Assembly: GCA_031279125.1 (NCBI GenBank)
Contig: JAITJC010000010.1
Span: 1-12,748, forward strand
Origin: Oscillospiraceae bacterium
GTDB lineage: Bacteria; Bacillota; Clostridia; Oscillospirales; Oscillospiraceae
Length of the DNA: 12,748 bases
Direction of reading: 5' to 3'
This document shows, in pieces, positions 6,752 to 12,748 of this stretch; the stretch's first letter is position 1; each line of letters starts with the position of its first letter. A program made the position numbers and the translations under genes. The notes under the pieces are model-generated. The model saw nothing but the letters and a program-made list of their open reading frames with translations, did no database searches and was not told the origin of the DNA.

Positions 6752-9394
6752 ATGGGCGTACGGCGGAATAATCTGTTCGCTTATTTCAGGCGCGCGTCGG
6801 CGCCGGAGGCGTACAAATATCTCATGCTCCTTCTGCCCGGCGGGACGTCCTTTCCCGAATACGCGGCCGATAAAGAATATCTGACGTACAAGGGCGCGCC
6901 GTTCCGCCTTTTCCGCGAGTGGGCGCGCCGGGACGCCGCCCCGCTGACCACGGATTCGGAGCTTGCGACTTATCATCAGCGCGCCGAAGAGGATATGCGG
7001 GCGGAGAACGGGGACGGAACGCTGTTTCAGCTCCTGCTCGATTACGCGAGGCACAATCTGCGCTTTGACGACGGAACCCCGATGGTGAGGCACGACGATT
7101 TGCTCGGCTGGCAGGATATTACGACGCTGCTGGGGCAGGATTTGCTTGTATGCGCCTTTTTGGCGAAAAAGGACACGACAGGCACGCCCCGCGTATACGA
7201 TTTCACCTGGCCGGCGATTATCCCGAGCGACAACGCCGCGCTTCGCCGCGTGCTTGAAAAAGGGCTCGCCGAGAATCACGCGCATCTTTTCGCCGCGGCT
7301 CAGTATTTTGATTTGACGTGGAGCGCGCTGACGAACTTTTATGAGGAGATCGACGGCATCGCCGCGAAAATCACGGAAAATCTCAACGACGATCCGCAGG
7401 ATCTGTCCGCGAAGGACTGGCGGCTGTGGCTCCGGCGCGCCGCGCTTCTGCGCTGCGCGCTTTTCGGCGGGCCGGCGGGGCGGGACGCGGGGTATGGTCT
7501 GCTGCGGAGCGAGCTCAAAGCCCCCGATGCCGCGCGCGAATATCCGAACCGCATAGGGATGCTCCGGAATAAGTTCGGCTTCAGGTTCCCGGAATACAAT
7601 CAGCCGTACGATTACGCGTTTACGGCCTCGCTCGCGCGGGATAATATCGGGCATCCGAACCGCGCCCTCGCGGGGGAGCGGCATTTCCTCTATATGTGCT
7701 TCCGGGGAGTTTTCACCGGCGCGTTCGGCGGCGCGCAGCGCCAGATGTTCTATTTATATCTGCTGATAAAGTCCCGGTTTCGGGGAGAGCTCGTGCACTC
7801 CAACCGGCGCGCCGGCTTCGACAACTTCGCGCGATTTCACAATCGCAACGCCATCATTCCCGATAATTCGATGTACGGCGGGGAGCGGATATGCCTCGCA
7901 ATCAATTCCACGTTGCGGGACGGGAGCATAAAATCGCTTGAGCTGCGGGTCTCCCCGCGCGCGAAGGCGTCCGAAAACATTATAAACCTGGAAAAAATCG
8001 TGAGCGCCCAAGACAGCTTAGGCCGTTCGGGCAAGCGGCGCGGCAGCCCGTTTAACGTCCGCCCGGCGAACGGCGCGCCGGTTCCGAAGAATCCGGAGCA
8101 AGAATTCTTTTTCGTATATCATCTGCCGAAGGGCAAAGAGACGCCCCCGAAGCTTTCCGACACACTCGGCGGAGGGCTTTGCCTCACGCCGCGCAACTGC
8201 CGCGAGCGCTCCGCGAGCCGCGACAAGGTGCTCGCAATCGCCGAAATGCTGAATAGGTACAGGCGCGCATGGACGTGGATACGCGGGATTGACGGTTGCT
8301 CGGCGGAAATAGGCTGCCGCCCGGAGGTCATGGCGCACGCCATACGCTTTATCTCGAATTTCGCGCCGAACCCTCCGGTAAAGAGCGTCCTTTTCGTGGA
8401 AAAGCGCCGCCCGCCGCGAATAGGTAAGACGTTTCACGCCGGGGAGGATTTCCTCGACCTCGTTGACGGTCTCCGCGCGGTTGACGAGGCCATGCTGTTT
8501 TTAAATCTCGGGCGCGGGGACAGACTGGGGCACGCCGTCGCGCTCGGGCTTGACGCGGAGGAATACTACAGGCGCAAAGCGTCAAAAATCACGCTGCGGA
8601 AGCAGGACACTCTCGACAACCTCACGTGGATGCTGTGCCGCTCGGCGGAGCTTGGCGTGCGGGTCAAGCAGGATCTGGACAGCCGCCTGCGAGGCATCGC
8701 CGGGCGCATAGCGCAGGAGCTTTACGGCGGCACGGAAATGTCTCCGGAGAAGTTCGACCTCCACAATTATTTCCGCGCTTGGAAGCTCCGGGGGGACGAC
8801 CCTTACGCCTATTTTTCCGGCGGTTACAAAAGCGCGGAAAAACAAAACCGGGGCATTTTGAAGCACGCGCAGGAGTATATGGACTACGCGCTGAACGGCG
8901 ACGGCGAGATAACGTTCTGCCGGAACGACGAGGTCGCGGCAAGGCTCTGCAAGGCGTACCATTTTTTCGGCAAGGTTCGGACAGAGGGAAACAAAATCTG
9001 CTCGTTCGCCGTAGCCGAGGATTTCGTCGCGCTGGCGCGGGAGCTTCAGGCGGCCATGCGCCGCCGCGTATCCGACAAGGATATAGCGGTGGAGACGAAC
9101 CCGACATCAAACAAGCTGATTTCCACGTTCGGCAGGTATGACAAGCACCCCATATTCACGTTTTACAGCCGGCATCTTGACAAGGCGGCAGGGCCGCAGC
9201 TTTACGTGTCCGTGAATACGGACGACCAGGGGGTGTTTTCCACGTCGCTCAGGAATGAATACGCCCTTCTGAGCCGCGCTCTGGAGCTCGTCCCGGACGC
9301 CGGCGGCGCGGAGCGCTATTCCCGTCCGCAAATCCGCGACTGGATCGACGACGTCCGCGAGATGGGGATGTCGCAGACATTCCCCGCCACGTAA
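6752..9394 (+). CDS. Giant adenosine/AMP deaminase-fold protein (880 aa), RdrB-like candidate nucleotide deaminase effector
   Basis: All amidohydrolase/ADA signature elements are present in the right order. The HxH motif is in LAENHAHLF (His176/His178, nt 7277-7285). HAGE is in KTFHAGEDF (His562/Glu565, nt 8435-8446). The GH motif is in RLGHAVALG (His594, nt 8531-8533). VSVNTDDQGVF (Asp824/825, nt 9212-9226) matches the ADA/AMPD signature [SA]-[LIVM]-[NGS]-[STA]-D-D-P except for P to Q. The ATG at 6752 lies 6 nt after the upstream stop, with a GAGG at 6744-6747. The stop is TAA at 9392-9394. Confidence 0.85.
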   Translation: MGVRRNNLFAYFRRASAPEAYKYLMLLLPGGTSFPEYAADKEYLTYKGAPFRLFREWARRDAAPLTTDSELATYHQRAEEDMRAENGDGTLFQLLLDYARHNLRFDDGTPMVRHDDLLGWQDITTLLGQDLLVCAFLAKKDTTGTPRVYDFTWPAIIPSDNAALRRVLEKGLAENHAHLFAAAQYFDLTWSALTNFYEEIDGIAAKITENLNDDPQDLSAKDWRLWLRRAALLRCALFGGPAGRDAGYGLLRSELKAPDAAREYPNRIGMLRNKFGFRFPEYNQPYDYAFTASLARDNIGHPNRALAGERHFLYMCFRGVFTGAFGGAQRQMFYLYLLIKSRFRGELVHSNRRAGFDNFARFHNRNAIIPDNSMYGGERICLAINSTLRDGSIKSLELRVSPRAKASENIINLEKIVSAQDSLGRSGKRRGSPFNVRPANGAPVPKNPEQEFFFVYHLPKGKETPPKLSDTLGGGLCLTPRNCRERSASRDKVLAIAEMLNRYRRAWTWIRGIDGCSAEIGCRPEVMAHAIRFISNFAPNPPVKSVLFVEKRRPPRIGKTFHAGEDFLDLVDGLRAVDEAMLFLNLGRGDRLGHAVALGLDAEEYYRRKASKITLRKQDTLDNLTWMLCRSAELGVRVKQDLDSRLRGIAGRIAQELYGGTEMSPEKFDLHNYFRAWKLRGDDPYAYFSGGYKSAEKQNRGILKHAQEYMDYALNGDGEITFCRNDEVAARLCKAYHFFGKVRTEGNKICSFAVAEDFVALARELQAAMRRRVSDKDIAVETNPTSNKLISTFGRYDKHPIFTFYSRHLDKAAGPQLYVSVNTDDQGVFSTSLRNEYALLSRALELVPDAGGAERYSRPQIRDWIDDVREMGMSQTFPAT

Positions 9395-9445
9395 TTGTTA
9401 CACACACAATCGGCATAGCTTACACGCGGGGGAGGCGGGAGACGG

Positions 9446-10609
9446 ATGCGGGAACCGAGGAAAAACGGAAGCGGCGCGGGCGGCGACGGCACAGGCGGAT
9501 GGATAGCGACTATTGTGATGCTCCTTCTGTTCTGGCCGGTCGGGCTGATAATGCTGATAAACAGGCTTCACACCGCCGCGCGCACCGCATACGTCCGGCC
9601 CCCCGTCCGCGCCCCGGGAAAGACGGAGGGCGCGAAGGACGCGGGTGAACGGAAGCCGGGGGCGGGGGAACCCGCGCCCGTGACGGCGTCTGCTCGCCTT
9701 GAAAAGGAACTGCGGACCGCCAAGAGATATTCGCGCTTGCTCGCCGTCGCGGCGGCGCTCGCGCTGGCGGGAGGGGGGTATACGCTCGCGTCCTCCGTCC
9801 GCGAGCTCGCGATGGGCGGGGCGTGGCTGCGCGATATGCTCACCGGCGCGTTTTACGGCGTCGGCGGGGCGGTCGTCCTCGGCGCGCGCGGGCTTTTGCC
9901 GGGCAGAGCGCGTCTGCGCCGCCGCTATCTCGCAAAGCTCGGCGCGAGCCGCGTCATGCGCGTTTCGGAATTCGCGTCCGCGCTCGGCAGGAGCGAAAGG
10001 AACGTCCGGCGGGAGCTTCAGGCGATGATAGACGACGGGTATTTCGGCGGCGGGGCGTACATAGATTCGCGTCTCGGCGCGCTCGTGCTCAACGCCTCGG
10101 ATGTCCCCGCCGCGGAGGCGGGCGCGGACACGGCGCCCGCCTCCGCGGCGCCCCGGCGGACGGAACTTTCGGAGTACGACCGCGTTCTGACCGAACTGAG
10201 AAGCTTGAACGAAAAAATATCCGACCCGGGGATATCGCGTAAAATCGAGCGCGTGGAATCCGCCTCGGCGAAAATTTTCGCCGCCGTGCGGGAGAATCCG
10301 GACAAGCTGCCGCAGATACGCCGTTTTATGAGCTATTACCTCCCGACGGCGCTGAAACTCCTGCGCTCCTACGCCACGCTGGAGCGGCAGGGCATCCGGG
10401 GGGAGAACATCACCTCGGCGAAGGAGAGCATAGACCGCGTGCTCGGGACGCTGGCGGCGGGTTTCGAGCGCCAGCTTGACAGGCTGTTCCGCTCGGATGT
10501 CATCGACATAAGCTCTGATATAGACGTGCTTGAGGGTATGCTGGCGCGCGACGGGCTATCGGAGGCCTCGCCGTTCAGAAGCCGGACATCCTCCGGGGAG
10601 ATAGTATAA
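9446..10609 (+). CDS. Membrane protein with wHTH-like segment and XpaC-like (5-bromo-4-chloroindolyl phosphate hydrolysis family, PF10112-like) C-terminal helical domain
   Basis: GGAGG at 9431-9435 lies upstream of ATG 9446. Hydrophobic segments are WIATIVMLLLFWPVGLIMLI, LLAVAAALALAGGGYTL and AFYGVGGAVVLGARGLL. An HTH-like stretch reads MRVSEFASALGRSERNVRRELQAMIDDGYF. The C-terminal LPQIRRFMSYYLPTALKLLRSYATLERQG resembles, from memory, the conserved YYLP..LKLL..Y core of the XpaC family. The gene is very GC-rich compared with the upstream operon. Confidence 0.5.
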   Translation: MREPRKNGSGAGGDGTGGWIATIVMLLLFWPVGLIMLINRLHTAARTAYVRPPVRAPGKTEGAKDAGERKPGAGEPAPVTASARLEKELRTAKRYSRLLAVAAALALAGGGYTLASSVRELAMGGAWLRDMLTGAFYGVGGAVVLGARGLLPGRARLRRRYLAKLGASRVMRVSEFASALGRSERNVRRELQAMIDDGYFGGGAYIDSRLGALVLNASDVPAAEAGADTAPASAAPRRTELSEYDRVLTELRSLNEKISDPGISRKIERVESASAKIFAAVRENPDKLPQIRRFMSYYLPTALKLLRSYATLERQGIRGENITSAKESIDRVLGTLAAGFERQLDRLFRSDVIDISSDIDVLEGMLARDGLSEASPFRSRTSSGEIV

Positions 10610-10623
10610 TTTTATAGCATGCC

Positions 10624-11082
10624 TTAAAGCGCGGAAAACCGGGCGGCAAGGTACCAGACGGCGCCGAGAACGGCGGACGACGTCACCCCGAAGACGAGCA
10701 CAGGCCCCGCGATCACGAACATCTTGGCCGCGGTGCCCGTAATAAAGCCCTCGCTTTTGAACTCGATTGCCGCCGCCGCTATGGAATTGGCGAAGCCCGT
10801 AACCGGCACGAGCGTCCCCGCGCCGGCGTGCCTCGCGAGTCTGTCGTATACGTGCAGGGCGGTCAGCAGGGCGCCGAGGAACACGAGGCTCACGCTCATC
10901 GCCGAGCGCGAGGTCTCCTCGTCAAGGCCGAGCCGCCTGTACGCGAAAAAAATCGCCTGCCCCGCGCAGCAGAGCAGGCCTCCCGTCACAAAAGCCATGA
11001 CCATATTGCGAGGCGCGCGAGATTTCGGCGCGAGTTTCGCGGCGCGTTCCGCGTATTCTTTTTTCGATATGCTCATTTCCAC
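10624..11082 (-). CDS. spoVAC: Stage V sporulation protein AC (SpoVAC/SpoVAEB family membrane protein)
   Basis: The 152-aa product has the typical SpoVAC size and motifs: FVTGGLLCCAGQAIF, GAGTLVPVTGFANSIAAAAIEFKSEGF and GTAAKMFVIAGPVLVFG. The start is GTG at 11082, with GGGAGGA (11095-11089) 6 nt upstream. An in-frame ATG at 11076 is an alternative start. Confidence 0.85.
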   Translation of the reverse strand: MEMSISKKEYAERAAKLAPKSRAPRNMVMAFVTGGLLCCAGQAIFFAYRRLGLDEETSRSAMSVSLVFLGALLTALHVYDRLARHAGAGTLVPVTGFANSIAAAAIEFKSEGFITGTAAKMFVIAGPVLVFGVTSSAVLGAVWYLAARFSAL

Positions 11083-11085
11083 AGA

Positions 11086-11150
11086 AAATCCTCCCGCGGG
11101 CGGCCGCCCGGATTTTTTATGTCTGTAGGATAACCGGAAAGGGAGGATTT
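11086..11150 (-). promoter_or_regulatory. Inverted repeat able to pair an anti-SD with the spoVAC Shine-Dalgarno; encloses a GC palindrome with a T-run
   Basis: The arms are a perfect 10-bp inverted repeat: 11086-11095 (AAATCCTCCC on +) and 11141-11150 (GGGAGGATTT on +), separated by 45 nt. On the - strand mRNA this places AAAUCCUCCC upstream of the spoVAC SD GGGAGGAUUU. Inside lies the 14-nt palindrome CGGGCGGCCGCCCG (11097-11110), followed on the + strand by GATTTTTT (11111-11118). That arrangement looks like a + strand intrinsic terminator. Confidence 0.4.
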
Positions 11151-11164
11151 ATGACTGCCGATTC

Positions 11165-12748
11165 TCAGTATATATCGATCATAAGCGTCGATCTGCCGGC
11201 GCGGGTTTCGAGCGCGAACGAAACCTCAATGTCGAACAGCGAGTTGTAATAGACCGTATCGGCGCCCTCCCACGGGGCGTCCGCCTCCGCCCGGACGCCA
11301 TCCTCGCCGTACCGGGCGAAGCCGTATTCCTCCAGCCGCTTGCCGTAGCCCGCGATTAAAGCCTCGGCATCCTTGCCCGTAATATCGTACACGACGCTGA
11401 GCGTCCCCGCGAACTCCGTCCTGCGGGACGGCTCCATCCCGGCGTAGTCGCCGAAGTCCGGAACGGGGAAATAGCCCTCGTACAGCTTATGTTTTTCGGG
11501 GTACTCGCCGAGCGGGTACGCCTTGTCGCGGGAAATGGAGCTTATCGCGCCTATGGGCATCGCGAGGTTCAAACTCTGCCCGCCGCTCATCCCGGCGCTC
11601 GTGATCCCGATGACGCGCCCGGCGGCGTCGAGCAGGGCGCCGCCGCTGCTTCCGGCTGAAATCGCCGCGTCGATTTGAATATAGCGCACGCCGTCCAGTT
11701 CCCGCTTCGCCGTGGATACGATACCGCGCGAGAACGAATTTATAAGCCCTATCGGGTTGCCGATCGTGAACGCCTCCGCGCCCGTCTTCGGCTCGTAATC
11801 CCCGACCTCAAGCGTCGGGAAGCTATCGCCGCCATCGCCGACTTGGATCAAGGCGCAGTCGGCGAGCATATCGTAGCCGTAAATGCCCGTGATCCCGTAC
11901 TTCTCGCCCGTTGAAAGCGTCGCCTCCGCGCGCTCCGCGCCCGCTATAACGTGGCAGTTCGTGACCGCAAGGCCGCCCTCCCCGATGAAAAAGCCGCTGC
12001 CCTGCTTCACGGACTCCTCGCCCTCAAAGACCTCTATGTAAAATACGGCGGGGGCGCATTGCTCATATATCTGCTCCGCCGTCGGCGCGCCCGCCTTTTG
12101 GATCATGACGCGCCGCGCGGGATCCGCCGCGCGCAGAACCGCCGCCGCCGCCTCCGCGCGCGTGACGGGCATATTCGGATAGAACTCCCCTTCGGCGCCG
12201 CCGCCCGTCACTATTCCGGCGCGATACAGCGCGTAGACCGCCCCGCCGTAAGAATACCGCTCCGCGACATCGGGCACAGCCCCGTCCGGAACGTCGTTCA
12301 CGGGCGTCACGGCCTCCTCCGGCAACGCGCGGGCGAGGATTTTCGCGAAGTCGGAACGCGCCGCGCGAGCCTCATAATTTGAGTACTCGTCCCGCCCGAT
12401 TATGCCGTAGGCCACGGCGCTGTCCGCGTAAACGTCGTACCAGGTTCCGCCGCCGGGCGAGACGGGCTTGCCCGTTTCGTATACAGAGCGCAGGTTGGCG
12501 GCGAGCTTCACGCTGTCGGCAATCGTCAGATAGCCGCCGGGGTTGAAAGCGCCGTCCCCGTCGCCGTCTATGAGTCCCAGCTCGAAACAGCCGGCAACGC
12601 CCTCTGAAAACCAGTCGGAAGCCCGGACATCCGTGAAAAGCCCGTCCCTGTAATCCCGCGAGGGGGTGAAATTCGACAGCGACGCCGCCAGGGCGGCGCC
12701 CGACGCGAGCGAAACGCATATAAGAACCGCGAGTATCCGTTTTTTCAT
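11165..12748 (-). CDS. Secreted SLH-domain trypsin-like serine protease (S1C/HtrA-like fold) with uncharacterised C-terminal domain
   Basis: The ATG sits exactly at the window edge (12748-12746), followed by a signal peptide, MKKRILAVLICVSLASGAALA. Three SLH-like repeats follow (FTDVRASDWFSEGVAGCFELGLIDGDGDGAFNPGGYLT; WYDVYADSAVAYGII; VPDVAERYSYGGAVYALYRAGIVTGGGAEGEFYPNMPVTRAEAAAAV). The catalytic triad contexts are LAVTNCHVI (His), DCALIQV (Asp) and SAGSSGGALLD (Ser). The last ~110 aa have no motif I recognise. The stop is TGA at 11167-11165. Confidence 0.85.
   Translation of the reverse strand: MKKRILAVLICVSLASGAALAASLSNFTPSRDYRDGLFTDVRASDWFSEGVAGCFELGLIDGDGDGAFNPGGYLTIADSVKLAANLRSVYETGKPVSPGGGTWYDVYADSAVAYGIIGRDEYSNYEARAARSDFAKILARALPEEAVTPVNDVPDGAVPDVAERYSYGGAVYALYRAGIVTGGGAEGEFYPNMPVTRAEAAAAVLRAADPARRVMIQKAGAPTAEQIYEQCAPAVFYIEVFEGEESVKQGSGFFIGEGGLAVTNCHVIAGAERAEATLSTGEKYGITGIYGYDMLADCALIQVGDGGDSFPTLEVGDYEPKTGAEAFTIGNPIGLINSFSRGIVSTAKRELDGVRYIQIDAAISAGSSGGALLDAAGRVIGITSAGMSGGQSLNLAMPIGAISSISRDKAYPLGEYPEKHKLYEGYFPVPDFGDYAGMEPSRRTEFAGTLSVVYDITGKDAEALIAGYGKRLEEYGFARYGEDGVRAEADAPWEGADTVYYNSLFDIEVSFALETRAGRSTLMIDIY

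Noticed and set aside
6707-7684. 325-aa ORF on the - strand, antisense to the deaminase gene
   Set aside because: This is a typical GC-rich shadow ORF. It is very Arg/Pro/Ala/Gly-rich (RRPAEKRAAQKRGAPEPQPP) and has no SD or recognisable motif. It lies entirely inside a + strand gene that carries strong family motifs.
2561-9405. Possible direct repeats or att sites flanking the operon (ATTGTTGACA at 2564-2573 versus ATTGTTACAC at 9394-9403)
   Set aside because: Only 6-7 nt are shared and the match is interrupted. The left copy is simply the -35 promoter element. No integrase or recombinase is present, and similarity of this length is expected by chance.
9394-9411. Hairpin ATTGT-TACACAC-ACAAT just after the deaminase stop as a terminator
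   Set aside because: The stem is only 5 bp and AT-rich, with no following T-run. It is too weak to call an intrinsic terminator.
10582-10596. CCGGA-CATCC-TCCGG hairpin near the end of the XpaC-like gene as a terminator
   Set aside because: The stem is 5 bp and sits inside the coding sequence, with only a scattered AT-rich tail. It is not convincing.
11151-11249. 32-aa + strand mini-ORF (MTADSQYISIISVDLPARVSSANETSMSNSEL) preceded by GGGAGGA at 11141-11147
   Set aside because: The SD-like sequence is one arm of the inverted repeat that mirrors the spoVAC SD, so it may be a by-product of that repeat. The spacing to the ATG is only 3-4 nt. The ORF lies antisense to the protease 3' end and has no recognisable features. 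It cannot be excluded without ribosome profiling.
1-12748. CRISPR arrays, tRNA/rRNA genes, transposases, integrases and toxin-antitoxin pairs
   Set aside because: I saw no spaced direct repeats, cloverleaf-like or rRNA-like segments, or recombinase-type ORFs on either strand. The intergenic space is very limited (2482-2607, 9395-9445, 10610-10623 and 11083-11164).

Overview
This 12.7 kb window comes from a high-GC, spore-forming Firmicute, probably Clostridia-like, judging by spoVAC and an SLH-domain exoprotease. The left end (1-2481) is the 3' part of a large surface or secreted protein gene and ends in a very strong intrinsic terminator. A near-consensus sigma-A-type promoter (TTGACA-17-TATACT, 2568-2596) then drives three tightly packed + strand genes. 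The first (2608-4542) is an NB-ARC-like STAND protein with C-terminal TPR-like repeats and degenerate Walker A and B motifs. The second (4532-6745) is a KAP-family P-loop NTPase with intact Walker motifs, and its start overlaps the first gene by 11 nt. The third (6752-9394) starts 6 nt after the second and encodes an 880-aa adenosine/AMP-deaminase-fold protein that keeps every metal-binding and catalytic motif but carries very large insertions. An ATPase followed by a giant adenosine deaminase is the logic of the RADAR anti-phage system (RdrA/RdrB). The KAP-type ATPase and the extra effector-less, apparently catalytically dead STAND/TPR protein are not part of the classical description. I therefore flag 2568-9394 as a candidate novel three-gene defence system. 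To its right are an XpaC-like membrane protein (9446-10609), a solitary spoVAC (10624-11082, -) preceded by an anti-SD/SD inverted repeat, and an SLH-domain S1C serine protease (11165-12748, -). I could not recognise any tRNA, rRNA, CRISPR array, integrase or transposase. All family assignments rest on motifs read by eye, because no database search was possible.
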